Positions 37,942-50,926 of a DNA stretch of 64,000 nucleotides are shown one piece after another. The notes under the pieces were generated by a model that saw only the letters and a list, made by a program, of their open reading frames with translations, was not told the DNA's origin and ran no database searches. The position numbers and the translations under genes are program-made. This stretch comes from Leucoraja erinacea (Eukaryota), in assembly GCF_028641065.1 (NCBI RefSeq), contig NC_073395.1:16492001-16556000 (forward strand), read 5' to 3'. How positions within the stretch are numbered: the first letter of the stretch is position 1; each line of letters starts with the position of its first letter.

Positions 37942-39598
37942 ATCGATAAACACAGTCCTTCCACAAAACTATTTTCATCGGAAAGGAGAGGTGAGCAGTC
38001 GCAGGAAAAGCCCAGCTCTCTTTCCACGCTCTCTCCAGTACGGCAGCAGTCTCTGTTCTTCCCAGAAATGTCTTTGCCCTGTTCACCAGTGGAATGCAAG
38101 CCAGCAGCCACCCCTCCTGCCATCTGCTGCCAGCCCCTGACATCGCCCCCAGCAGGCAGCCCCGTCACTGCCAAGTCCCCGGTGAAGTCGCAGCCACTCT
38201 CCTTAGTCCAGACCTCCACCCCCATCACCGAACCCGGCAGGGAGTGGCTACGCGGTGGAGGGATCAAGGCAAAGGGCCCTCTGCAGGGGGTGGACAAACC
38301 GGCCAGGAAAGACCCTGTGGACGAGTTCTGGCTGAGGAGCAATGAGATGAGGAGAAATCTGGGAGTCAGTGCTCTGGAGAGAACCAGCGGCTCGGAAACC
38401 AGCTTCACCTTGTCCACCACGGGGTCGGCATCCCCTCAGTCCTTCACGCCGGAGGAGATGTTTGACGAATGCACATCCAGCCCCCAGCCACTCTCGGGGA
38501 CGCCCACCGCACCCATGGTGGGAGGGCAGCTGGTTCCATCCCCCACCCTCAGCCCATCCATCGGGCTGGATCCCAAGACCTCAGACAGTGGGCAAAGGGA
38601 CCTGACCAGCACCTCGGGGCTGGGCCTGAATGGGAGCATGAGCAACACCAGGACTGCTGCCAGTGAGAGCCTCAACAACTCGGACACTATGTTAACACCT
38701 CCCTCCAGCCCGCCCCCACCTCCCCCTGCTGGCGAGGAGCCCGCCACCCTCCGCCGGAAGAAGCAGCAGGGCCCCAGGACACGGCCTGCTGAGCAAGGCC
38801 CTGCTGCCCAGCCCGCCTCAGGCTCGCAGTCGGCAGGCGTGAGGAAGTCGCTGGTGGAGAGCCTGGATGAGATTCCCTTTGCGGACGACGTTGAGGACAC
38901 GTACGATGACCGGACGCCCGACGCCAGCATCCAGGAGCGGTTCTACACGCCGGCCGGCAGCCTGGAGAAACCCGGGCAGCTGAACCTGGCCCCCGTCAAA
39001 GACACGCTGCCCCCGAGTGGGAAACGGCGGCCCCTCACCCAGATCTCCCCCGAGGCCAAGGAGATCGCCAAAGAGAGGATGAGGGCCCGCGAGAAGTCAG
39101 TCAAGAGCCAGGCGCTCCGAGATGCCATGGCCAAGGAGCTGAGGAAGATGAAGGAAATGGAAGCGGCAGAAGGGTCCCCAGCCCGTCCTCCGATAGCCCA
39201 GGTGGCCGAGGCGCCGGTTCCCCTTGCTGCCAAGTTAATCGATGGGGACCCGCCGCAGCAGGAGGTGGTGGTGGAGAAGCCGTTACCTATACCGGCACCG
39301 GCACAGGACCTCAGTCTGGAGGGATCAGGAGCCTCCTCCGAGGGTTCTGCCAGCAAGAACAAGAAGAGAACCTCCCTCTTCTCCCCCCGCAAAAGCAAAA
39401 AGGAGAAAAAGTCCAAGACTGAGAGCAGCCTGACCGAGGAGAGCACCAAGCCCAGGTCCATCTGGAAATCCGTCTTCTCCAGTTACCGGAGGGACAGAAA
39501 GAAGAAGGAGGAGAAGACTTGCCCCAGCACCCCGTCCAGCGGTAACACCGTCAACTCCAGCACCAGGCGCAGCACTGACATCCTCCGCACCGCAGTCG
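37942..39598 (+). CDS. MICAL3: MICAL3-like large exon (1657 nt), Pro/Ser-rich and Lys-rich linker
   Basis: Inside the 604-aa ORF; MLTPPSSPPPPPP-GEEPATLRRK, ESLDEIPFADDVEDTYDD and ERMRAREKSVKSQALRDAM are MICAL3 hallmarks; acceptor ttcccttcaatcag, donor TCG|gtagga. Confidence 0.95.
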
Positions 39599-39611
39599 GT
39601 AGGATACGGAC

Positions 39612-39842
39612 ATGCACTGCCCAAAGCACCGCGCACTCACCGTTAAACTGCCCCACACATCGCGCACTCGCCCTCAAACACACAGCCCAGACACCACGCT
39701 CACCCTGATACACTGACTACACACCACATTCGCCCTGATACACTGCCCACTCACCACACTCGCCCTCAAACACTGGCCCCTAACACACCCCATTCACCAT
39801 CAAACACTGCCCTCACACCACACTCACCCACAAACACAGCTC
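39612..39842. repeat. C/A-rich minisatellite (cacactcgccctcaaacactgccc) after the large exon
   Basis: About 8 diverged units. Confidence 0.8.
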
Positions 39843-41405
39843 CTAGCATAATGCCGTCTCACCTTGACAAGCCTCCAATATCCTCACTCTCCCTCTCTGC
39901 CCCCAATACCCTCACACTTCTCTGCACCTCCAATTTTGTTTCTTGGGGTGGGAGGTGCTCACCATATAGCACTCTATGCCCAACTGTTGCCGTGTTTGAC
40001 CCTCACAAGTGCAAATCATTTAATTACAGTGCAATAAACAAAGCATTTTTTTTTGCTTAACTCTGGAAAAACTCCACCAGAAATAGCCGTCAACTTTTCC
40101 CCTTTGCCTACTCCCCCTTACTGAGCCTACTTTACATCCAGCGGTCGATTTCATTAAACTCCATGGACTTTCAATTTTCCGATAAGCCTGCCAGATGGCA
40201 AATACGTTGAATGCATTTCCCTCCATGGTGACTTTTCTTGTTTCCATCCTCAAAAGTTTTAATTGAATTAGTTGGACCCAGCCTTCACTTAACATGCGGA
40301 CTAACCGTGATTAATCTTGTCCACCTTAATGACATTTAATGCAGTTCTGCTCATTTTTCCAATGATTTAACAATGATTGATCATACACATTCTGGCAACT
40401 AATTTTTCTGTGTAACCCTCTTCCACCTTTTAAGCATCAACACATTCTTCAATGTGCCATTACTGTGTGGGGAGTGAAATGTGTTTAAACAATCTCAGGC
40501 CTTTCCTTATTCACTGTTCCTGGGCCAGGGGATGGCATTATAAGACTCTCTCTCTGGGCACATTGGTGCACCAGAGTTGGGGAACATATATTTCACCTCT
40601 GAGTGTTATGCATGAATATAGAACAGTTCAGCAAACGAACAGGCCCTTCAGCCCACAATGTCCATCCAAAACATGATGCCACGGTAAATGATGCCATGGC
40701 AACTTGAACTGCATGCAATGCACCAAATGTGGCCTCACCATAGTGGTAAAAAGCTGCAACTTGACTTCCTGGCTCTTGTACTCAATGTCCTGACTAATGA
40801 AGCCAAGCATACCATCTGAGGAAGGGTCTTGACCCGATACGTCACCCATTCCTTCCCTCCAGAGATGCTGCCTGTCCCATTGAGTTACTCCAGCATTTTT
40901 GGTTTAAACCAGCAACTGTAGTTCCTTCATACACATACCTTCTTTGACAATCTATCTACCTGTGTTGCCACTTTCAGGGTGCTATGATCATGGATCCCAA
41001 GTTCCTTCTGTGCATTGATGTTGTTAAGGATCCTGCCATTGCAAGAATTAAATGGGGACTATGTACAAAGACCTTCCCTAAATACTATCATAATACAAGG
41101 GTGGTGATCTACATGGGGTTTCTCTGCATACTATCGCTGTAGATCTGTGGGTTTGGGTGAGTAAATGCTGCATGATGGTTCTCACTCTGAGATCTGGGGG
41201 TGCGAGGTATGCAGGATATTTGGACACGATCACTGTATGGGAGATGGATATACAAGACATTTTGCCACTGCACAAGGGACATATGGGATATATGTGAACT
41301 CCTTTAGTTCCATCACTCCAAGGGACTGGGTGTCCTGACCTTGTGTGGACCTTCATTGTTCAACCTATTTCAGGGACACGGTTCTCATGTGGTTGTTTGT
41401 TGCAG

Positions 41406-41500
41406 GACTCCAATTCCGTCAACACCTGAGTTTCTCGGAGGATTCGGACTTGTCCAGTGACGATATACTTGAGAGGACCTCACAGCGCTCCAGGCGAGAG
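41406..41500 (+). CDS. MICAL3: MICAL3-like exon (GLQFRQHLSFSEDSDLSSDDILERTSQRSRRE)
   Basis: LSFSEDSDLSSDD-LE-SQ-SRRE motif; acceptor tttgttgcag, donor GAG|gtaccc; phase 1 to 0. Confidence 0.93.
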
Positions 41501-42442
41501 GTACCCAGGCACTGCTTTTTGTGTGGGTGGGTGTGTGTGTGTGCATGTGTGCGCGCGTGCGTGTGTGTGCGTGTGTGTGTGCGTGCCGACTGGGTTTTCC
41601 ATTTGGCTTCTGGGTCTGTGCTGAGCTAGGCTGGGCCAATTAAAGTGGGATGGAATCTGTAAAGAATATATATTGGGGGGAAGAAGTCAGTCAGGGATCT
41701 CACTGGTGAAGATTGTTTTCAAAGCAGTTTGGTTCAGATGTAGGATTGTGCTTGGTCTTCTCATTAGGATTGTAAATGAGATCAGGATTGGGTATCGAAG
41801 TGTGATTACGATTGCGTTCAGGTTGAGGATTGTCTTGGATAGTACAGGGTGTACAGGATTCAGGTGTGTTGTATTTGAGGAGTCCGAGGGCACAGGGATA
41901 GAAGGGTCCAAGCAAATGTGCACAAGGACCTGGGTAGAGTGATAAATAGATCCATGAGCTCCGAGATAGAATAAGAATAGAAATAGAATTATCCCCGAGA
42001 GAGAATTATCTCTGTTTGCAGAAGAACAGGTGTGCGAGTGCACTTTGCTTCAAGTACATTGTGGGAAAGGGGTCCAAGTGTACGGGTAGAAAGGTCCAAG
42101 GCGATAGTTAAACTACACTGCGGTAAATACATGCATGCTCAATTGTAGGGTGTGAAAGGGAATGGAGCAGAAAGGATCTAAGTGTACGTCAGTCAATGTC
42201 TACAGCAGTGTATGAGAACTGTACAAGAGTGGATATATTTAACTGAACAGGTGATAGAGAGGTGTGTTTGCACAGTTTCAGAAGCACTGATTGTATTGTA
42301 TTGATTGGTTGGTGAGCGTCAATATGAAGACAAAATGTGTGATTTTTTTACTTCTACATCATAGTGCCAGTTTATCTTTGTTACTGTGATCTGTTTTCAA
42401 TCTGTTCCTTTCTAAGTTGTTTTATTTTTCTTCCTTCTTGAG

Positions 42443-42493
42443 ACTGTCTATGTTCCTCATGCTCTGGCATTCAGGAGATCATACACGTTGAAG
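42443..42493 (+). CDS. MICAL3: Probable 51-nt cassette exon (TVYVPHALAFRRSYTLK)
   Basis: Long T/C tract plus ttgag acceptor, donor AAG|gtagag, phase 0-0; resembles the YVPHALAF-RS insert recalled from MICAL3 isoforms. Confidence 0.8.
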
Positions 42494-42849
42494 GTAGAGT
42501 GCTGTACACTGATGCTGAGTGGCTGCAATGTAGGCAACACTGTGAATCAATGGTTTTCCTCCATAGATGGAGAAGGGAGGGAGGGCACTTCTCATTGATG
42601 AATGGTGTGGGTTTGAGGGTGTGCGGCCCCATTAGTGTTAATTGGAGATTGAGAGAAGGCAGTTTCATCCTGCACTGTGCAGGGGATTAGATTCAGTCAG
42701 TTTGAGGGGGGGGGGGGGGTTAATCCTTTCAATCCAGTTAATCCTTTTCTGTAGCTCAGCTCCAAGGCATTGACTCGAAGCCTTTTCTCATGGCAGTTGT
42801 CCTTGTCTTCTTACTGTCTGCCCCACTGCTGTAGTGATTCACGGAATGG

Positions 42850-45200
42850 ATAAAGCACAAAAATTTAGTCCATATTGACTCAATGGAATAGCAATCCAAC
42901 CTGTCCCACTGCACCGCCCTCTCCCCATAGCCCTGTAAATTATCTCGGGCATTTACTTGCTGCCTTTTGCAGGCTACAATTGATTTTCCCCCTCCTACTG
43001 TGTCTGGTGGTCCATTCCAGACACAACCACTTGATGTGGAAAAACATAATTTCCTCGCATCAACTTTTGGTTCTTTTACCAAGCACCTTATTTCCATGAC
43101 ACCAGTTCTTACGACAGCAATCCCTGTCACCCTGCTCTATCAATTCCTCTCAGTTCCAAATACTTCAATCAGCCATCCTCACCAGCTCCTTTGTTTCAAG
43201 AGGAACGACCCTTGTTTCTTCAGTCTGTTTACATCATCAAAGTTCTTTCTCTTTGGAATCATCTTAGTGAATCTCTTGCTCAGCCTTTCACATCACTCCT
43301 TAAAGCTTGGGTCCAGAATTGACACAGTATCCTGTTGATAAAAGTGCCCTTGACTTTATATTCCTCCTTCTCATCCTCCCAATAAAATGTAGCACTTCAC
43401 ATTTCTCTGTATTCTATTTCATTGAATTCCTTGCCTCTAGTTATAAAGTTCAAAATCCCGTTTCCTTTTTGCAACTGCTTTCTTAACCCGACCTGCCACT
43501 TTCAACCAACTAAGCAGCACATATACCCACAGATCTCCCTCTTGAACCCATTTTTGAATTAGGCCTTTAAGTTCATATTCCCTTTTCTCATCCCACAAAC
43601 TGTAACACTTCATCTCTCACAGTATTACATGTCATCTGTCATCTATCTGTCCATTCCACCCGTCTGCCTACAGCGCTTTCAAGTCTGTTACAAAACCTTT
43701 CGCAGTTCATTACATTTATTGTGTTTTGTGTCATCTGCAAATATGTAATTGTTCCTGTACACCTGGTGTTAATATAGAAAAATAAATGCCATGGTTCTGG
43801 AATGGGCTGTTGGGGAACTCCACTCTACACTTCCTACCAGTCTGGAGAAACCCCTTCACTGCCACTCCATCTGCTTTTGCTTTACCATTTTTGTATCCAT
43901 GCTGCTATAGCTCCTTTTTCCTGCGTCCTATAATCTTGTTAACAAGCTTATTTGTTACATACTTCATCAATCCCACTTTCCTCATCAACAATCCCTGTTA
44001 CTACATGAAAAACGATAGCATTGGACATCATTTGATTTTAACAATTTTATGCCGACTTTCTCTAATCAATCCACATGTCCAAATGACTGATAATTCTATC
44101 CCAGCTTAATATTTTTTGGACTTTCCCTATTACTGAGGTTTAAATAACATATGTATTGTTACTGGCATGAATCTATGGATGTTGGGGTGATTATGGTTAG
44201 GATTTCTGCAATTTCCTCCCTTATTTCCTTCCTTGAAATTCTGGAATGGAAAGGCTGGTTGACCAGAATGGATAAATCACCTGCAACAGATGGAATGCAT
44301 ACTAGGTTACTTAAATTAGTATGCATTCCATCTGTTCCAGGTGATTTATCCATTCTGGTCAACCAGCCTTTCCATTCCAGAATTTCAATAACTTCATTCT
44401 ATGTGACAACTTCAGCAACATATTTAACCATGGTGAACCCTGGCATAAAGTTCTTTGTACCTCAGCTATATCTTGTGCCTCAATGAGTCGGCTTGTTTTC
44501 TGATCTTTGACCTCATATGACTCAAGCCTGTTGAAGATTTCTCAATTCTCTTGTACATATGCTGCCAATCTTTTCTTGCCCCCTCCATTTGCTCTCCATT
44601 TCCTTTTCTACTTCCCCTGAACTTCCCGCAATACGCCTGTTTTACACAGTTACCAACCGCGATAAATTCACGTCATAGGAGCAGAATCTACTCTGCTGTT
44701 CAATCTTGGCTGATATATCTTTCCCTCTCAACCCTGTGCTCCTGCCTTTACCCAATAAACCTCAACACCCTTACTAATCAAGAATCTGTCAATCTCCACC
44801 ATAAAAATACCCAATCGCTTAGCCTCTACAGCCGTCTGTGACAATGAATTCCACAGATTCACCACCCTCTATCCAAATAAATTCCTCCTCCTCTCCTTCC
44901 CAAAGGTACGTCCTTTTAGTCTGAGGTTATGCCCTCTTATCCTAGACTCTCCCACTAGTGGAAACATGCTCTCCACATCCACTCTATCCAGGCCTTTCAC
45001 TATTAGGTAAATTTCAATGAGGTCTTTCAACCTTCTATCCATGCTAATATGTTCATTTTAATACTCTGGGCACTCATCTTCATTAGGAGCCTCATGTGCA
45101 GCATCTTAATACCAAATCCAGAATTGCCTTTTCCCCAAGTAGGCTTGACTACAAGCTGCTCTAAGAACGTTGACTGAATTTCATTCCTTGCCAGCAGAAC
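42850..45200 (-). mobile_element. Mosaic of decayed CR1 LINE fragments
   Basis: Minus strand DKSPGTDGMH...KEIREEIAEILTII and a CR1-type 3' region. Confidence 0.7.
44233..44388. repeat. Near-perfect inverted repeat: 72-bp arms, 1 mismatch, 12-nt loop
   Basis: 44233-44304 is the reverse complement of 44317-44388. Confidence 0.95.
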
Positions 45201-46172
45201 CACCTCACCCCCTCTGCTCATCTGTTTTCCTTTCTCTGCTCTTGGAATTGATGGAACTGATAATCATTAAATGAAGACATTTTGCAGTGGCCTGGGAAAC
45301 TGTGATTGACGTATAATGAAGTATTAGAAAGTACGGAGAATAAAACCTTTCCTATTCACCCACACAGTGCTACTGCAAATTGGAACTAGGAGGCTTAAGT
45401 GGGTACAGTTTTCCCGTTGTTCCTATTTTCAGGAATCATTCCACTTCCACTATTTTGAGCTGGTTCTCCCCATTATCCGTGGTGGAGGAGATGAGTAATG
45501 GGGTATTTGAATATCCATGTGCAATTAATTCACACTTCTCTTTGTGCATAGAAAATTAAAGGTGATCTTACTGAGATTCGAAGAGTTGTAGTGTACCCCT
45601 ATTGTCATAGAGCTGTCGGCACAAGGCATTAAGGAAGTAATGAAAATAAGCCAAACCACCAACGTGTGGTAGGAAACTTTCATTGCCATCCCTGCCTCAT
45701 TGCCCGATCATAATGTGGAGAAACAACTGATGAATCTACCCAAGTGTTACTGTTCAAACTGTACAATTAGATCTATGCTTTGATCTTTGCTTCGATCCGT
45801 ATGTGTGACTTGGTGTTCTTCAGCTTTTGCGAAGCAGATTTAATCAGTATCCTGGTGGTTTTCTCTGTCTGTGGCCTCCTGTAAGTAGATGCAGATCCTC
45901 TTTGTGTCTTCGTGGATCCAGTAGTTTGCTCTGTCCTTGTGTGTTCTTCCAGTGAGTTTTGTGGATTTGTTTTCTGCACTCAACCCTGCAGTAGATTCAG
46001 TGGTGTGATCTAGTAGATCCTGCGGCATACTTTGTCTGAATGATCCACTCCCACTGTACCTATTACTGAGTGCACTAGTCACGCCTGGTGTTTGTTTCTC
46101 ACTTCACTGGAAAGGACATTCACTGAGGACATTTTGCTGAGCAAAAATAAAGACTGGGCTCTGTTCTTTCAG

Positions 46173-46280
46173 AAACCCTACAGTGAAGAGGAGCTCAACT
46201 CCAAACTGACTCGGAGGGTACAGAAGGCAGCCCGGAGACAAGCCAAGCAGGAAGAGCTGAAGAGGTTACACAGAGCACAG
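46173..46280 (+). CDS. MICAL3: MICAL3-like exon (KPYSEEELNSKLTRRVQKAARRQAKQEELKRLHRAQ), start of C-terminal coiled coil/bMERB
   Basis: Near-identical to the MICAL3 C-terminus; acceptor ctgttctttcag, donor CAG|gttgac; phase 0-0. Confidence 0.95.
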
Positions 46281-48277
46281 GTTGACAACTGGGGGCATGG
46301 TCCCATCAGTCTGTAGAGGGACAATCTATCTTGTTTCTCTATTTCAGGAAACCAGCTATCGATTGGCATTTATTACATGCAAAATACCCCACATGCGCCT
46401 AAAATACAAACTTTACAAACAGGATTTATGGTAGACAGTCCTAAGTGATGATGAGTATTTAGTACACTTCCCTCATAGTGCAATAGGCACAGTCATAATC
46501 TGCCAAATGATGGCGTTACAATGTGTGGTACATATGCAGTTCTCTGCTACACATCCCAAAGGGAGCAATCAACACTAAAGTAAGGAGCTGAGGCGCCCTC
46601 AAGCCTGCCCCGCAGGTCAATATGATCATGGCTGATCGACCCTGGTCACAGCTTCTCTGCTGTGTCAATCCCCATAACGTTTGATTCATCGATAGTTCAA
46701 ATATTTATTTTTCTCCGCCTGTGACCTGGCCACCACCTCTCTCATGAGCAGATTCACTACCCTCTGACATGTTTCCACGCACCTTAGTTTTATTTTGTAA
46801 CTATGTCCCCTTGTTCGTGACTAGACCCAAGTGAAAACATTTCAACATCTAACCTATCAAACCTCCTTGTGATCTTATATGAATGAAAAAGACCCTCATT
46901 CTTCTAAACCTCAAGGAATACAGACCCAAACTATCCAATATCTCTTGATAGGACAATCCCCTCACCCCAAGAATTAGCTTGGTGAATCGCCTTTGAACTG
47001 TTGAGAATGCAACTATTTTACTTTAAGTAAGGGAATTAAAATTGTGCACAATATTCCAGGTGTGACCTCACAAATACCATGTGCAACTGTAAAAGCCCCC
47101 GACCAGACCCAAAATGTCACCTATCCATGTCCTCCAGAAATGCTACCTAACCCGCTGAGTAACTCCAGCAATTTGTGTTCTATGCAAGCCCCCCCCCCCC
47201 CCCCCCCCCTCCCATTCTTTAAGGCCAAAATTATGTTTGCCTTCTTATCTGCTTATTGGACATTGCTAACATTTTGTGATCCGTGCACCAGAACAGCTAG
47301 ATTCCTCTGAAGTTAACTTGTTTGACGTTTCTCTCCATTTTGATTATAATCTGAATGACCTTCCACTTCCACATGTTAAACTCCATTTGCCAGCTTTTTT
47401 CTCCAAACACTCAGTCTTTACAATGTTGCAGAATTTCAATGTCCTCACCACAACAGGCCCTTCCACATTTTCGTATCAACGGCAAACTTGGAAATCTTAC
47501 ACAGAGTCATAGAATGACACAGTGTAGAAATAGGTCCTTCGGCCCAACTTGTCCACACCGGCCAACATGTCCCAGATACACTAGTCCCACCTGCCGGCGT
47601 TTGGTCCATATCCCTCCAAACCTGCCCTATCCATGTACCTGTCTAACTGTTTCTTAAATGTTGGCATAGTCCCTGCCGCAACTACCGCTTCTGGCAGCTT
47701 GTTCCAACACCCTTTGTGTAAAATAGTTATCCCTCATATTCCTATGAAATTCCCAGTCCACATCCGCGGGGCCCGTCGGGAACTCTGCACTGAGGGTTAG
47801 CAATTTCCACAGCACACTGCCTGAGAGGGTTGATTCATCAGAACATAAGAAACAGGAAAATTTGGCCTCTCGAGCCTGCTACGTCATTTATCGGGATCAT
47901 GGTTAATTTTCTCCCACTGCCACTTTCCTGTACTCTTGCCATTTCACGTTATTCCCTTTGTATCCAGAGCTCTGCCTGTTTCTATTCTAAATCAATTCAA
48001 TGACCAAGAATAATGGGATTTAATGATGACCGTGAGAGGGGTAATAGGATTTAATATTCACTGTGTGAGGGATAATGAATTCTCCTGTTCGCCATGGTGG
48101 TCTATTGATCAGAGAGGGTAACAGGTTCTATGGTTCCGTGTCAGATGGGGTAACAGATTGGCTGTGACTCTGCCTTCAGACACATTGTTCTTACACACAG
48201 CTCTCTTCTCTCATGTGGGGTGAAGCTTCCACTGCACCACCATGTCAACTGACCTGAGTAAACTCCTGCTCTTACAG

Positions 48278-48371
48278 ATCATTCAGCGGCAGCTGGAGCA
48301 GGTGGAGGAGAAGCAGCGACAGCTGGAGGAGCGGGGAGTGGCCGTGGAGAAGGCTCTCCGGGGAGAAGCAG
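48278..48371 (+). CDS. MICAL3: MICAL3-like bMERB exon (IIQRQLEQVEEKQRQLEERGVAVEKALRGEA)
   Basis: Canonical bMERB first-helix sequence; acceptor ctcttacag, donor CAG|gtaact. Confidence 0.96.
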
Positions 48372-50087
48372 GTAACTCCACCCTGTTTCCGTCATGGCCT
48401 GTGCTGCTAGAGCACAGGGCAGTCCAGCGGCAATTTCCCATGGAGGCCCAGCAAAGCTTGCGTCTGAGGGTGGGTTACTGAGAAGGTCGGCCTCTTGCCC
48501 TCGGCCACTGGCTGAATACCTGCCCCCCCCACCGGCTGTTCACTTGTCTCCAGTCAGAGTCGGTCGCGGGTTCCCTTGAGTCACTTGTTCCATCCATGGC
48601 AAATAAGGGTGGCATGGGCAAAGGGAGTTCCCATGAGCAAGGAGTGGTAGCCCCAATCTCTCCCTTTGTTGAGATAAAATGCTGCGGGCCAGTGCCTCGT
48701 ATCAACTGTCCTTCCTCTCTACATCCGTGAGTACTCCAACTTTGATATTCCTGGGATCACTCACTCTGGGATGAATCAGTCTTTCCCAGATCACTCTCTC
48801 TGGGATTAATCTCAGTCCGGATGAGGATCACTGCATTATTTCCAAATTTAGTAACAGTCCTACTTTCAGAGTCATTTACAGATGTGCCTTGGTTCACTTG
48901 CGCAGTCATTGCGGGGAGTCATTTACTAATCTTCCCACTGCCAGCAACATGAGTGAATGACAGAGCTCGTGACCAGGGTGACCTCTTCACTCTACAGGTA
49001 ACATGTGAGTCTTTCGGAGTCATTCTCACAATCTGGGGCAGGGTGGGGATGTTGGGTGAATGGTCATCCTCTGGGTCAGTCATTTACTCTGGGTCAGTCA
49101 CAGACCTTTGCATTTCCTCCAGAAGTCGATTGTTGTCCTTCTGGGATCATTGTGACTCATTCCATATGGGGGGGGCTTAATCATTTCTTGATCCCGGCTC
49201 CCCTTCACTCCCCCAGAGAGAATCACAGAACCACAGAATGTAGCCCATTCCAGTCCAGGTTCCCCTCACGCACCATTCTATCACCATCCCTTCATCAATG
49301 GTGGATCTAAATCCTGGAACAGCAGCACGGAGGAAGCAGCCTCAGCAGAGGCGCAGCAGTGGTTCTACTGCGCTCACAGTTGGGGATGGGGACTGAATGC
49401 TGTTCTTGCCAGCTGAGTCCACAACTCAATCGTCAGTGTTCCAAACGTGGGCAGCGGAGTGCTGAGTTCCAACGTCTTTGACCCATCCCTTGGGATCCGG
49501 TCCACCTGGGATTCTGCTGACTCCAGCTGCTCGGAGATCTTCACCAGCCGTGCTTCAGATCTCCTAAACATTGCAGAACCTCTCAAACCTGCTGCTGACA
49601 GTAGCCTTGATCCCAGCACACTGGTTTCCTGACCAACTGTTGTCCAATACCCTCAACCAGAGCAATATGGGTTTTCCTGTACAAGTGAGCAATATTTAAC
49701 TTTTGTGGGGAGTTTTTTTTTTCCTTGCTTTTTAAAAAAATTCCTTTTCTCAAATAAGCTTTGTTTTCCTGACCATCAGGTGAGCTGTACTCCACTGAGC
49801 TGTACTCTACCAACTGTCAGACAACTTACTGACAGTTCCTTCTTAAAAACTTACTGCATCTGCCTGACCTCTCCTAACACTAACTGCATCTATTGCACTG
49901 ATACCAGAGGAGGTTGCACCTCCTTTCACCTCCTCGATGGTGCTGGAATAAGCCAAGCTGGGACTCATTGACAGCCCTGGATATATGCTAGATGTTAAAG
50001 GGCATTCCCACACCCACTCCTATCTATCACTGTCAGTTCTCTTGTAACGAGCCAACTCTCTGCCTTAACCTGAGCAGTGGGCATTGG

Positions 50088-50483
50088 CAAAGATCCTATA
50101 GCAAGATAGATCACTCCTGCTAAATGCAATGGGCTGACATGTAGTACGCAACGGAACGGACGTGGGCCTTTTTTTCATCCATTTCCGTAACCCAAACCGA
50201 CTCGACTCGCAGTGTAATCAACGTTGCGGGGGAACAGTTTGTGTTAATAAATTAAAATTCTGAAAATGAGGAGATTTTTACTAAATAACTTTTATTTTTA
50301 CGAGGATGTTTCCGTAACCGGCTTCCGTTTCTGCACTAGTTATCTTTGCTCCACTATGGGATCTTTGGTGCGGAGACGGAAGCCGGTTCCGGAAATGGGG
50401 CGTAAAATCACCCATGAATCTGCCCATGACCGTACTACGTCTTTTTCATTGAGTGATCTATCTTGCTTGCTATAGGATCTTTG
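50088..50483. mobile_element. Non-autonomous DNA transposon, 396 bp, 29/33-bp TIRs (CAAAG...CTTTG), 8-bp TSD GGCATTGG; probably P superfamily
   Basis: TIRs at 50088-50116 and 50451-50483; TSD at 50080-50087 and 50484-50491. Confidence 0.85.
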
Positions 50484-50926
50484 GGCATTGGGTGTCTGAG
50501 GATCAGTAGGTTTCTGGGTGGGCCTGTCCAACTTTGACAAACTGTCATTGACTGTCTCCATTGCTGCACAATTTCCGTCTAATGAAGCTGCTCAAGGGGC
50601 TAGCCGTTTCTCCATCAGAAGCAAGTGAGTGAACGGGTACTCAGTGAGCACCTGCACCCAAGGGGCTTATCTGTCAACAAAACCACCATTGAACGTGAGC
50701 CTGCACATGAGGCACCTGCACCAGAGTTGCAGTCCCATCAGAAGCGACGGAGCACCTGGTCTGCACGGCAACACCTTGCAGGACTAGACTGCAGCGTGCA
50801 TTCCCAGTGCAAGGTTCTGACCGAGAGTTTGGGTTGTGTTCACCTCTTGAGCAGCACATGTGTGTGCATGATTTGTACTGCGTGTTGCCTGGCATTGTAC
50901 AGTAACTCTTTCTAATCTTATTATAG

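Noticed and set aside
37894-39708. 604-aa ORF as a standalone gene
   Set aside because: It is an internal exon; the first 16 and last ~36 codons are intronic.
37934-39713. Antisense and alternative-frame ORFs over the large exon
   Set aside because: Expected shadows of GC-rich coding sequence.
49447-49632. Coding-looking ORF as an alternative last exon (also 50625-50915 and 18411-18758)
   Set aside because: The nearby acceptors I tested give early stops in the phase required by the upstream exon.
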